The notes under the pieces are model-generated. The model had not been told where the DNA came from and searched no databases. It saw only the letters and a program-made list of their open reading frames with translations. 64,000 nt of DNA. It comes from Amoebophrya sp. A120. Taxonomy: Eukaryota > Protista > Dinoflagellata. Positions 12,410-25,049 of the stretch are shown here, piece by piece (the stretch's first letter is position 1; every line of letters begins with the position of its first letter). The stretch lies in assembly GCA_905178155.1 (NCBI GenBank), contig CAJINV010000018.1, forward strand, positions 972,609-1,036,608. The letters run 5' to 3'. Both the position numbers and the translations under genes were made by a program.

Positions 12410-15400
12410 CTATCCACCCACTTGCCTGTGCCCTGATCCGAGCAGCGGCTTGTCTGTGTGTAAGTACTGGAAAAACTTCGGATTTTTACTTTTAGCAAAT
12501 TGAAATTCAAATTCTTGACAGGAATAAAGAGCGCTGCATGGGCGAATGCGCATGATTTGGATTTCTACATCAAAGATCAAAAAAACAAATTGAGGGGTTC
12601 CGCAGCTTCCACACAAATGTTCAGTGGATGAGAGTTGTACGGACCACGCAGAGCAGCCCGCTGAGCATACTACTTGCACGAATCGCTACTCTGATGTCTC
12701 AACGTCAACGTCAAGGAGAGCGGTAACAAGCATAAAAAAGCTTTACTTGCTCCTTTGCAACTTTATATACACAGCGACGTGGTTTTTGCGATATTACGCC
12801 GCAGAAAAATTTATGGATACTTATCGCAGTGTACGACAAGCTCTTCAAATCTCACCCACTTACCGCCTCGCAGAACCTAGTGCCCCACTCGTCGCACTGG
12901 TAGCTGTAGCTAGTGCCGGCGTGGTGCTCGTGCCGCTGGCGTGACGACTTTTTTCAGCAGTATTAAGAGCCGCGCTTTCCTTATTTGACTGCTGCAAGAG
13001 CATCTGGCGATCGATGTCGTAGACCGAGGCTAGTATGACAGCGTCAGCAGGTGGGAAGTCTTTGACAAAGAAGCGGAAAAAATCGATAGTCTCACCTGCA
13101 ATTTCTTTTTTCTACCAAGCGGCGCACGACAAAGCTCGCTTATTTCGAGAATCTCAATCTGTGATGCTGTAAATACTTAAGTAACATAGCGGAAACGCCA
13201 AGACAGCCGCTCCTGGGATGCTCTTCAACAAGAACCCGAACCCGTTCCATGCGGATAGAGAGAGTCGTCACGCTTACAATGTGCCTCCTTTGCCTTCCCT
13301 GCAAGATGACTGGCGGTAGAACCAGAAGGTGTCCCGCATGGACATTCATGCACATGGTGAATTTATTTCTGCATCACAAGACATTTATTTTTCCATTTTG
13401 CAAAATCCCACCCTGACGCTTCCGCCATATCCGGGCGCGGGGAAGTTGTAGGAACTCCATTCATCCTTTTCCTCGATCCCATTCTATCCTACGGAAAAAC
13501 ATCCCCACGACTCCATAGCTGCAATGCGAATCTGCGTGGTAGAAATGTTTCTCATCCCGAGTCCCATGAGAAGCATTTTCTAGTCTTGTTTCGAAGTTTC
13601 TCCTGCTCCAATCAGCATGATCGGCTAGCCCTGTGATGCTGCTCAACTAGCTAAACAGGATCACACTACAAGGCCAAATCTGTCATGCGCAACATCCAAA
13701 GCCTGTCGATTTGTCTACCAAGAAGTTTCCCATCTTGACTATGGGGTGGGAACGTTTTTGCCCCAGATACCTTCTTGCGCTGGTCTTGTGGCTTGAGGAA
13801 CTTGTCGACGTCGCGGTAGTACTATTGGTGGTTGTCGCGGCAGTAGAGCCGCCATGACACGAAGACTCCTTACCCAACGAGTGCTTGAAGACGTCGCAGC
13901 TCTTCCCTCCACCAGCTCTCTTCGTGAGGGCGTGCTGGGAAGATGTCGAAACTTGACCTCCACTTTGATGGTCGCAGTTGTGGTTGGAATTGTTCAAGTA
14001 TCCTGTGCAAAAGTATCGTACTCGTAGTAATCGCAGTCAGCATTACAAATCTTTTTCTTAAGGGAAAACCGCACTACAAATTTTATTCGTCAACATGCTG
14101 AGGGAATTTCTTGTCACGCGATTTATACTAGTACGATGCTTTTGCATTTCATATCAAGTCGACATTCTCTTTGTCATTTTCTTCGTCCACGTTACGAACA
14201 TTATTTTTACTCCTGCCACCAGAAGAACGTACGTTTTCAAAGACATCTTCGTCTCCACAAAGATCCGGCTCATCTTCCAGATGAATGATTGATCCGCGGC
14301 TGGTTCTCTGTAATTTCTTCATCATCTTCGTCGTTCCTGATCTACTGCTGGCGTCCTCACAGTCTCCTGTTTCTTTGACGAGGTGTATTTGGCTTGTTGC
14401 GCTCCTGCTAGTACAACCCTGAAGAGGGAGGTTCATCGCGTTCGTGGTGGAAGCAGAAGACCCGCTGGTGATTTTTGTCTTGTTTTCGCTGGGCGACAAG
14501 CACTGGTTGCTCCTCAAAAAGGTGGTTGTAGAATTGCCCACATTGGTTTTGTGGTTTATGATCATGTCGTAGTTGCTCCTACTAGCATAAAGATTCGTCC
14601 CGCCCTCCTGAAAATTTTCTTCCTCCCGCGTCATCTTCTGGCCCGCTGAAGACCGGTTGAAGTTACACCTCGTCCCAGCTCCTGTTTTTCCACTTTGCAT
14701 CAAAAGCATTTTTTGTGTAGAAACACAATTTGTTCTGGCCGTCGTTGTTCTTGATGATGAAACGGCAAAAAGCGAGGGCGTAGCACTTCTCGGCGGCGGC
14801 ATCACAAAAGACGCGGACTGGGGATGGCCTACACACGAAAGGTATGGATTGCAAATATATCTAGGTCTGGAATTTTGTAATGCTAAAAGTGAATGATAGA
14901 CGCACTGCAATACGCAGCTATGCATGACAAATTTTTTTGGCTGCCATGTAGTACGTATTCCGCATGGCAAACTGCGTTTTTGCATGACAGGGAAGAGGGC
15001 CTTTTCGTGCCTATGCAACACAGATTCTCGAGTCATGCCAGACAAGCATGACAAACTCGCATTGTTCCAGACCCAGACATTTTTGCATTTGATAAAAGGC
15101 GCGCTGTGGTCGTGGAGGCAACGGAATGTTGTCCGGTCGTTTGGCCGCTGCTTGATGAGGATGTTGCAGGAGCACCTCGACTCTGCTCCACGACAGCGTG
15201 CGTGTTGTTCTCCCGAGTAGAATATGGACTCCCGAGTTGCTGCGACTCCAAAAAATTGTTCTCCCGAGTAGAATATGGATTGCAAAAGTATCTTACTAGT
15301 AGTAATCTAAAAAAATGCAACGCAAATAATCATTTGCTTAGCATGAGCATAATGCGGATTTCCCATGAGAAAAAGATTTGTAGTGCAGGGCTGCGATTCA

Positions 15401-18400
15401 GTACGAGTACGATACTATTGCACGGGATACAGAAGATGAATTGCTGCATATCGTACGAAAAAAGTGTTCCACTGTAAGGATTTTGCAGGCTCTTGCATCA
15501 CAAGTTTGTTCTACATGACGGGGGATATTTGCCATGCAAGGTTCCTAAGAGAAAACAGAGCTAAAAATCTACTGTCTTGCATGTGTAGCAACACAAACAC
15601 TTCTGCGATGCATTTTCTGCATCACAAGTTTACAGTGGAACAGTTTTTGCTTGCGATACTGCAGATCGTCGTCCAGCGCCAGCTATCCAGTGCAAACATG
15701 TCTGGATCTGAAAAAGAGCAGACACTTGTCATGCGGGCTTTGCATCCGAAAGAAGGTCTGCAATGCATGCAAAGCATGACAAATTCTGCGAACGCCTCTC
15801 GTCCATGTCTAGTCTGCATGAGAAATCATGCCCGGTCCTTGACCCAAGAATCTGACCTCTTTTGCTGACAACTATCTATGCAACACAGATAATTTTTGTT
15901 TATCTTTTTTTATTCGAGAATCCGCATCCTAAGTGGCCACCTTTCAGACATGACCCAGGGTGGAAATTTGCAATGCATATCGGTTAAAAAACCCCGCTTG
16001 ATGGTCGTTTTGGAAGTTCTGCCGGCAGCCAGGAACCTGCATTTTCACGTGGTCGAAGGTCGCCAGGGACCGCTCCTTGCGGAGGAAGAGCGGGTTCTTG
16101 TGCAGATGTGGTGGAGCAGGTACGACAACTTGGACGTCTCCGGCGTTTTTAGTACGACAATTTGACATTGACGGTGGCTGAGTACAACTAGAGGCTTCAA
16201 ATTTCTTCTCATCCTGTAGTTGCACCTCCATCTTCATCATCCTCGCCGGCGGCCGAGCAGAAGTCCCCTCCACCGCGGATGAACCACCCGTGGTTGGACG
16301 AACGGGCTGCACAGCGGCGCAGTTTGAGGTCCGTGCGAAGGTATCCAAGAAAAAAACTGTGCTAGTGTAACTTTCTTTGGCTGACAGCATCACAAGTTTG
16401 CTCTACATGACAGAGAAAACCTGTCATGCGTGGCTTGTAAGGGAAAACACACATGAAAAGAGGACTTCATGGTTGTCTGGCATGACAGGCGTAACTCTGT
16501 TGCATGTTCTGCATTACAGAGTTACACTTACACAGTTTTTTTCTTGCATAGAAGGGGGAGAAGTTGTAGTCGTTCGAGTTTGATGCCGCGGTGCCGCGCG
16601 CTCAGTATGGAAGCGTCAGGTTTGAAATCGTCAAACTTGAAATAGTTTGTGATGCATAAAATGCAACCCACAAAGTGCCTGTCTTGCAGAGTAGGCAAGG
16701 GAGGCAGATGGTAAGCCTGTCGAGGGGTAGAAATAGTAATAGAGCTGTTAAAGTAGCATGACAAAAGGTGCCTTCCTTACCCAAACAGCATATACAAACT
16801 GGATCTCGGTTCTACCCAAATTTGTCATGCGCCGCTTGAAAAATAGACACCAACTGGTATCCGTTTTATGCATTGCAAATTATTTCAACTTTGACGATTT
16901 CAATCCTTTCGCTTCCATACGCCGCTCCGGACCGGTATAGTCGCTGACGACGAGGAATTATGCGGGGGCTGGAGAGTTAGGCGGCTCGGCTCGCTCGCTA
17001 TCGCACCGGACGCGAGGGTGGTAGAAGAAGTTGCCGCGGATATTGCAAGGAAAAATCCCCCCTCCCCATATCGAAAAAGTACGTCTCAGAAAATTTGCAG
17101 TGCTGATTTGTGACCACAAATCGGCTCTGTCTTGCAAGAACGCAACCCCATAGGCCGCGTCGCATACTGCAGGCGGTTTATGATGCTGTTGGCCCTACAG
17201 CTTAGGCGTTTGCCATGCTCAGCGCCTAGCCCAAAGCCTCTCTAGTACTCAGGCTAAGTATAGTAGCCTGTAGCCCTCTCCAGCAAGACCAATCTGATTT
17301 GTGTACGTGAAAAATCCAGCATTAGAAACTTCGTTTTGATATGGAGAGGGGGGATTTTTCCTTTTGATAGCGGAGCTGCAGTGGGGGTGTTGTTGTACTT
17401 CTAGAGGCGCGGCCATGGGAGGTCCTCGTTGCTTGTTTTGTTGAACCGCAACCATGCGTGGCGCGACCAGGACGGCGCGGGGGTCTTGTTGAAGAAGATG
17501 GGGGGCACACTGGATCGTGCTTGCTGTGCTGGAAGGTGGACGACCTTTTTTTGTGCGTATTTTCTTTGTTTTTTCCTCATGTTCTTCCTGTTTCATATTC
17601 ATGATGATCTGCGATCGTTGGATAAAAAATACAGCGCATCATGAAGGAAATCATCCGCAATTGAAAGAACCAACAGAGACAAAGATACCTGCACCTATTT
17701 CCGGACCAGCACCGCGAGGAGTAATTTTCGTTCTCGCGCCAGCAGTGGACGCGAGCACGAGATTTTTGCCACTACTACAGGAGCTTTGGTGACTACCACC
17801 ATCTGAAGGACCTGCTCGCTGTTGTTCCACATGATCGACCGTACTGCTACAACCCCCATTGTAAACTGCCGGACTGTAGCTGTTCCTGGGTGGACCTACC
17901 AAAGAGCAGCCAACCAGCGGCCCGGAGCTGCAGCGACCCAGGGGCGTCGCAGCTGCGGGAATGATGCTACTCGGGGAGGGACTGGTTACTGTGAAAGAGA
18001 TCATTTGAAAAAGGTTTGATTTTTGTAGTAAGTACTTTTGCACCAGAATAAAGAATGTAACCATCAACTTTTCTTTATGCATGGTACTCTGTCACACAGC
18101 GGAGCAATAGCAATCTTGTTCTTCCCTACAATAGTACACGTCGTAGGAAGAAAACAAGATCGCGACCACTTATACCTAAGTTCACCGCACTTCCTCTTCT
18201 AGAAGAGCCAGATCTTTGCGTTGCACTGACGGGCTGGAAAGCGGCGCGCAGGTTTGGCGTCCATAGCGTTGGCTTCGTCAGCGAGGTCGTGGGCGTTGTG
18301 GCGAGCAGTTTGGGCTGCACACCTGCTACAGGCACGGTTCCGCCGCCCGCGCTGCCCCCATTTTTTCCCGTTGCTGCTTCTGTCGACGGACCAGCACGAT

Positions 18401-21400
18401 CCGCTCGTCCACTGCACCCTGAACTAAGAGGTTGCCGCTGTGCACCGCTGCCAGGCAGTTGTCCTGGTTTCAAAAGTACCCCGCCAGCATGCTCGTCCTG
18501 GTAAAACCCTCCTCCAACGAGGTGGTTTGCGGTGGGTGGGTGAGTGTTGGCTCCACCGCGGTAGAAATTTGTTGCGCAGCGCGCAGAGGAGGATGACGCG
18601 CTGGAGGAGCTAGAGGTGGCTCCAGACGACGTTGCAAGACCACTATTAAAACCTCCTGCTGTGCTGTAGTTGTATCCGACACGATGCGCAGTCCCCGCAG
18701 TGGACGATGGCTCCGCACCACCAGTGCAGCTCACCACGCAGGGGTAGGTACCTCGCGTATGGGAGTGTCAGGATTGAAATCGACAAAGTTTGTAATGCAT
18801 AAAATCGAGGATACCAGTTGGAAGCCCAATTTGAATTTCTAAGCGGTGCATGACAAATTTCGGCACCTTCTAAATCCAGTTTGTCATGCCGTTTAGGGAC
18901 AGAAGCCGTCTTCTGTCATGCTACTTGAGAAGCTCTATCGCAGACCCCAAACAGGCTGACCGTCGGCCTCACTTGCCATCCCAGCAAGAGAGAAAGCGCA
19001 CGCCTTGCAATTCATGCATGAGAAATTATTTCAACTTTGTCGATTTCAATCCTGACGCTTCCATATCGCGGCGTCCGAATGTAGAGCGCACCGTTGGAGG
19101 CAGGAAGGAGTATCCTATGTAAAAACATCCCCACCCCAGCGTTGTCATGCAGATTTGCAATGACAAGAACATTTGTGATGCGCATCCCGATGATGGGCAT
19201 TTCCAGTCGTGTTTTGGAATTTGTAATGCTGTAAGCAGGATACGCATCTCGATTTGTAATCCGGCTGTCCTTGCTAACCTGCACGACACTACGGGCTGCA
19301 ACTTGTCATGCGTGGCGTCCAAAACTCCAGGATCTGTGTTGCAGAGATCCCAATTTAACTATGGGGCGGGGACATTTTCACACAGGATAAGAAGTGTGTT
19401 GTAGTTTGCGCTGGTGGTAGTCGTGTGCGAGGAGGAAACAACCTGATATTGTTCGCAGTTGTTCATGTTTGAATTGTTCACCTGTATCACAAGTCGCTGG
19501 TCGCGCAGCAGCCTCGCGTTTTCGTTCGCAAGTTCGCGGTTTTCTCGTTCGAGCTGCGTCAACTTTTCTTCCAACTTGTCGCGATTGATTCTTTCATGTG
19601 TGCTTGTTTTTGCCACTACAGAAGATGAAGAGCAGGAGCCTGCGTCTGCTACAATCTTGCCTGTGGTCGAAGAGGAATTGTTCTTACTTCCGGGACAACC
19701 GACCTCCAAATCCTGCTGCTCACGCCCGCCGGTAGTGTTCTTCCTGGCGGACAAGAACGCATGATCTTCGCCGGCCTCCCCGGTTCTTGGCGCGGCCCCG
19801 GCGATCTCGCGCAGATTTTCCGCGAGCGCACTGTCCTCCTCTTCGTTTGCGGCTTCGTGCAGAAACGTTTTCAGCCGGCGGTTGAGCTGCTCCACCATAT
19901 TGATGACATCCGGACTGGTAGGCTCGGGTGGGACGGTGATACTGCATGAAGATCCTGGAAGATGTGATTGTGCAGGTCCACGCCCACCTCCGTATCCCAC
20001 GAAAAAAGTGTTACAGTTACACATTTGTAGTCAATTCAGCAACACAAATTTCTCTGCATGAGAGAGAAAACTTGTAATGCAGAAATCCTACGGGAAAACA
20101 CGTATGAAACGAGGCTCCTATGCATATCCGGCATGACAGAGCTTGTCTGTCTTGCTTGGCCTGCAACACAATGTGTAACTGTAACACTTTTTTCTTGCGA
20201 TACTCCGCCGGAGCAGTCTACGAGCGTCGCGCCGGCACAGCTCCTGCTGCTGCAAGCCGTGGCGTAGTTGTGGCAGCTGTTAATGTTATTCATCCGCAGC
20301 GTAGTACTACTACACAACGTATTCGTAGATAAGGCGAAGGCGGCACCCTGCTGCACAGCCGTGTTTCTCGGCGCCACGGGGATGCGGCCCTGCTCTGCTT
20401 CCGGTGGGTCTTCACAAGAACGACCCGAGCCGCTGGTCAGGATACTACTCGTAGATATCCGCCTATCACAAAAAAAAACTGTTTCACTGTGAACTTGTGA
20501 TGCAGAAAGTGCATCACTGAAGTGTTTGTATTGCTACACATGCGAGACAAATGATTTTTAGCGGTGTTTTCCCTTAGGATCCTTGCATGGCAAGTTTTCT
20601 TTGTGATGTGTAGCGAACTTGTAATGCAAAACTTGCAAAATCCTTACAGTGAAACAGTTTTTTCTTACGATACCGCCCGAGCAGACCTGCGGTCGTGCCA
20701 TCGTCATTCGGACTGCTCCTCGCGCCGTCCAGGCCTAATTTTTAGTATGTGGTTGAGTTTTGTACTGATTTCGTTTCTTTTCTTAGGGTTTCTCAGGCTA
20801 ACAGAGAACGAAAATAAATACGAAATGGAAATAAACCCACAAAATGTATATATGAAGATTATATTCATCCGTGTTTTATTTAAACAAACTCACCGGCCAG
20901 CGCAACGGCTTCGGCTTGATGGTCATGATCCCCGAGAATAACTCCTTCTCCGCCCGCGAAGTCCGACGAGCGCCCGGGCCTGGAACATGATCTGCGATCG
21001 CTGCCGCGAATTATCCTATGTAAAAACGTCCCCACCCCATAGTCAAGATGGGGAATCGGCAAGACAAATCCAAAAGTTTTGGCTGTTTCGCATGACAAAT
21101 TTAGACTCGTAGTGTAGTGCTGTTTGAGGTAGTTCAGCAGCATAAGAGACCTAGTATATCATGCTGATTGCAGCATGACAAATTCCAAAACACGATCAGA
21201 AAATGCTCCTCATGGGGCTCCGCATGACAAACACTTTCAGTTTCAGTCGCATATCGATAGGCTGCAAGCGTTGCTTGTGGTTTAGGCTAGCGCTCAAGGC
21301 TCCGAGGAAAAGCTTTTTCGTGCTCAAGTAAAAAACTCAACTGGAACAACACACACCTGGAACGATAGAAGAAGTGTGTTCATGTTTTGTAATTACAACT

Positions 21401-21557
21401 ATGGGGTGGGGACGTTTTCACTGACGATACGAATCGGTTTCGGGTCTAGGTTTGGTTGGTAGGTCGGCCGCCTCTTTTTCCGTACTCGCGAGGACGGCCG
21501 CGGAGTCCGGATGCTATTGTGCGGCTGGAAACCAGAAGCCGCACTGCTTTCACCCAT
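12410..21557 (-). CDS. Large Ser/Thr/Gly-rich protein of unknown function with a short coiled coil; one gene, or two genes split near 17.6 kb
   Basis: Frame traced across 14 introners and GT-AG introns 20735-20893 and 17989-18175; coiled-coil-like KLEEKLTQLERENRELANENARL. The junction at 17.60-17.69 kb and the 3' exons (12.4-13.4 kb) are uncertain. Confidence 0.55.
13485..13769. mobile_element. Introner family B, 285 bp
   Basis: Family B TIRs; TSD cattc/ccttc (1 mismatch). Confidence 0.9.
13999..14153. mobile_element. Introner family C, 155 bp
   Basis: Family C TIRs; TSD tcaag. Confidence 0.93.
14843..15094. mobile_element. Introner family A, 252 bp
   Basis: Family A TIRs; TSD aaagg. Confidence 0.93.
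15274..15429. mobile_element. Introner family C, 156 bp
   Basis: Family C TIRs, reverse orientation; TSD tagaa/cagaa. Confidence 0.88.
15449..15658. mobile_element. Introner family E, 210 bp
   Basis: TIR TATC..CGAAAAAA(C/G)TGTT(T/C)CACTGT; TSD ctgca. Confidence 0.93.
15684..15979. mobile_element. Degenerate introner family A, 296 bp
   Basis: Eroded family A TIRs; flanks ccagc/tcggt have diverged; removal plus 5 nt restores the frame. Confidence 0.75.
16342..16550. mobile_element. Introner family F, 209 bp
   Basis: TIR TAT(C/G)CAAGAAAAAAACTGTG..AGTGTAAC; TSD gaagg. Confidence 0.93.
16606..16919. mobile_element. Introner family I, 314 bp
   Basis: TIR TATGGAAGCG..AGG.TTGAAATCGTCAAA.TTGAAATA; flanks ctcag/cgccg (3/5); frame restored. 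Confidence 0.88.
17041..17369. mobile_element. Introner family G, 329 bp
   Basis: Family G TIRs; TSD gcgga. Confidence 0.93.
18758..19065. mobile_element. Introner family I, 308 bp
   Basis: Reverse-orientation relative of 16606-16919; TSD tcgcg. Confidence 0.93.
19111..19389. mobile_element. Introner family B, 279 bp
   Basis: Family B TIRs; TSD aggag/agaag. Confidence 0.9.
19993..20202. mobile_element. Introner family D, 210 bp
   Basis: Family D TIRs; TSD ctccg. Confidence 0.95.
20464..20672. mobile_element. Introner family E, 209 bp
   Basis: Family E TIRs; TSD ccgcc. Confidence 0.95.
21012..21429. mobile_element. Introner family B, 418 bp (with extra internal segment)
   Basis: Family B TIRs; TSD cgaat; collinear with 30909-31193 except ~21234-21385. 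Confidence 0.9.
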
Positions 21558-22568
21558 CTTACTTCCTTGCTGGTGATTATGATGTCCAGCTTCGTTCTTT
21601 ATGAGAGGTTCTGGCAGCACACAAATACAAATGAATCGCGCTCGAGTTTTTGCGACTCTGCTTTTGCCTGCAGCTGTGCTAAGCAGTCCTTTAGCCACGT
21701 AGACAATAGGAGTGCACGCTCTTCCTTTTAGTATTCTTGCGGAATTCATAGACCTCACCTCGCCGTTTTTTTCTCTGACACACAGCCTCACGGTTTTGTG
21801 TCGGTTTCAGTTCACTCCGTAGAATTTGAAAATCATAGACCCTGCACGTGCGTGTGCGTCGCAGTTTGCAATGATTGTTGTACAAAATGGTTCTTTCGTC
21901 CTCACTCCAATTGTCAGAAGTTGATTGTTCAGGGCTCTTCTCTCAGACAGACAGGTCGTTGTGAGTAATTCTATAATTATTTCGCATGCGTAGAATAGTT
22001 GTAAATGCAACAAGAAAAAGTGCACGAGTGAAGAACCGTTGTCGCTCGGAGCATGGAGGTTCTCTAAATTTTGTTTTTCAGTGGGTCGGACGTTGCTTGG
22101 TAGACACGCCACGACTTCGGAACTCCAACTCGAACTCACCCTGGCGGCGCATAAAATAAAATCCAAAGAACAATAAAGACAAAATAACGGCTGCAACTTT
22201 GCTACTTGCCACATTGAGTTCAATCATGTTCAACATGATTTGATAGATTTTTGTCCGCTTACCGAAGCTAATACAACCGGAGTTGTACAGCTATAGTAGC
22301 ACAGAAATTTACTAAAGTTGGGTTCTTCACATTCACGATTGGATGTTGATTAGGAGGTTGAATTTAGAATTGTTTCACTGTTCCCCGTTCTCCTGTGATT
22401 TTGACCTGGATGAAAGCTGCGAATTCTGACTTCGGCCTTGTTCCGAACGCGTCCTTCTCGCGGGGCGTCGTCGTTCGGTTCTTGCTGTCGTCGTAAAAGT
22501 TTAAGTTTTCTGGTGGAATTATATCAAACCGTGTCAGACGAGAGATACGCTCGACGCTGCGGTTTTCT

Positions 22569-25049
22569 ATTTTCTACTTCGTAACGGGAGGCCGAGGAGT
22601 GACTACACCTTCCGAGGAGGAGGAGGAGGAGGAAACCTCTATAGTAAGCTTCTATCTACTAAGCTACTTCTTTCTTAAGCTTAACTATAGGACATATTTT
22701 TGGTGCCGACAAGCCGAGCGGATAGTAGATCTGTAAAAGTGGACAAATAGCCCTTCCGGGTGTGCATAACCTAGGACTTCAGTGCCACTCGTTGTCTTCC
22801 TTCTACCGCTCAAGGCCCGACACCGAGTCTGTACTGCGATCACCCCATTCGACCCAGCTGCTGCGTGCTCAGTGGCTCTCTGGACCTGTTAAGGGACTGG
22901 GCTCGGGGACTGGAGTTTTTTGGGTTTGTGGCGCTGGAGCGACAACAGGGTCGAGACCGAAGCCCGTAACCAGAGTGCCCAGACGCCACGCCTGTTCGAC
23001 GAGAGGAAGTGAGCCACTACTGTGTCGAATGGTTGTGAGGGCGAAGCAACAGAGTTACCTGTCGGCTGAAGCCCGCAGTGGAGGACTCCCAATCCCTCCA
23101 CCGTCTACATGAAGTAGTGCAGCATGATGATATTATAAAAACGTCGCCCGCTCCGACGTAGTACAGATAGCTCCCCCGTCGTCGATCCTCGGTTGACTCT
23201 CCCCCGTCGTTGGCGGAAGTCCTTCTGTCGCGCGTGTAGGCGCGTCCACGTCCGACGTCGTTAAGAGGGGCGCTGTTCTCGAGCACGCTGGCTGTGCTGA
23301 TGCACAAAGAAAGATAGCATGGGTGGAGTCAAAGGAATAACCAGGGGAACGACAAAAGATCGATAAGGACAAGCCCCCGGGTTCCTCTCACTGACATGTC
23401 CTGCGCCCTCGTCCATAAGAAAAACGCAGGCCCTTGTCGCGTCGCTCGATCACGGCACGAAGGTCACGACCACGGCGGGCGCGGGTGGAGTGTATAAGCT
23501 AGTCTATGCGCTATTTCTCTATTGCCCGGCTTCTATACTTTCTTTTTTACTCTTAAGCTATTGCTATCCGAGGCCTTCTATCTAACTCCACGACGGGGCT
23601 ACGCGGTTACCCGTGCTGCGGCGGCGCTGTCAGTGAGAGGGACGACGTCATTATTTTGTTTATACTCTGGACCGATGTCGTTCGTTCCTAAAGGGACGAG
23701 GCTCGCTGGGGCCCCCTGCAGCATCCAGGGACCCTCTCGAGGCCCCTCGCCCCCACGGTTTTTGGTTGATTTTCAAGTAGTATCCGTTCTCATCGACGAC
23801 GAAGAACAACGACGAAGAACAAAAATGAATGATGCGTCAGGGCGTATTAGCGTGATCTGATTATCAAATCAGATAGGGACAATGCACCCAGGAGTAAAGT
23901 TTTTCTAATATCCAGGAGTAAAGTTTTGACTCGGAGAAAATGCGCTTCAATTGCTGGTGATGCTCATACAAATATCATGCTTGTCGTAGACCATGTCCCT
24001 GCAAGCAAACTGACCTCGACAGGGAAAAAGAAACCAGCATACCTGAAACAGGTACGGGCGTTCCCCGCATGTCGCTTACGAGCCAAAGAAAGCTACGAGC
24101 TAAAGAAAGCACCGACAAAATCTATAATTGCTGCGGCATATTATCTTGACCGGAGTTTCGGACGCCAATTTTCTACTTCGTAACGGGAGGCCGAGGAGTG
24201 ACTACACCTTCCGAGAAAAGAAAAAACTTGGAAGGTGATCTACCTCTCCCTCCGCACGTCGCCGCGCAAGATTGCGGAGCGAGATCCGGAGGCAGAAAAG
24301 ACGGGCGCCCTGTCACTTGCCCCAAGTAACTTGCAGGGCCAGGTAGGTTGTCTGGGCACGATGTGGGCGAACATACCGGCCCGGAACAGCTCCACACTTT
24401 CAGCCACAAAAAGGAGGGCAAAGCGAAAACAAAAACTTATTTTATTAGCTCGGGGGAAGCTCCCGAAAAAAGTAAGTCTTTGCTTCGATTGCGGTAGGCC
24501 TTCTCGGAGCAAAACCCTGACCAAAACCCTGCCGCTTTGGCGGCAGCCATCACAGGGGCAAGCATCTCTTTGGCTGGCCAGGATGGCGATCTATCTCTGC
24601 CTCCGGACGTTGTCCAGCAAGATTGCGGAACGAGATCCGGAGGCAGAAAAGCCGGGCAGCCTGCTCCGCGTACCAAGTAACGCGCGAGGCGAGGCGGCTT
24701 GCCTGGCGTAGATGCCAGCCTAGATCTCGAGGGAAATGCTGACCCCCAAATCAGCCAGCGTGCGCTCGTCAGAATTGTGGCGACACCTCGCACAAAATCT
24801 GGATCGGCATCAAGGTAGAAGGGCCTTCAGCTCTGAAGGCCCGGCGGCTTTGGTTTTGCCAGCCAGACGAAATACGAACCAAGGCACCACCTGGACAACT
24901 GCCGGGCGGTGCGAAGAGGGACAAAGGCGGGGGCTGCGAAATCTATGAAACCACGAACCAAAACCCTGATGTAAAACTTAATTTTTTCAACCCTTAACTT
25001 CGTAACGGGAGGCCGAGGAGTGACTACACCTTCCGAGAAAAGAAAAAAC
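22569..25049. repeat. Three exact copies of a 41-bp core (within 22569-22616, 24168-24215 and 24997-25037) plus a diverged ~130-bp duplication (24236-24350 vs 24588-24700)
   Basis: ACTTCGTAACGGGAGGCCGAGGAGTGACTACACCTTCCGAG occurs three times; GCAAGATTGCGGA.CGAGATCCGGAGGCAGAAAAG occurs twice. Confidence 0.9.
22635..23600 (+). mobile_element. Possible non-autonomous LTR-retrotransposon remnant
   Basis: ...GGACA-TATTTT-TGGTGCCGAC (PBS-like, 22701) and G-rich GGCGGGCGCGGGTGGAG directly before TGTATAAG (23491); only patchy similarity between the putative LTRs. Confidence 0.3.

Noticed and set aside
14149-15285. 378-aa ORF read as a single exon
   Set aside because: It reads through a 252-bp introner by chance; the true upstream frame differs once the element plus TSD (257 nt) is removed.
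22569-22616. 41-bp repeat as a spliced-leader gene
   Set aside because: No match to the dinoflagellate leader CCGTAGCCATTTTGGCTCAAG on either strand.
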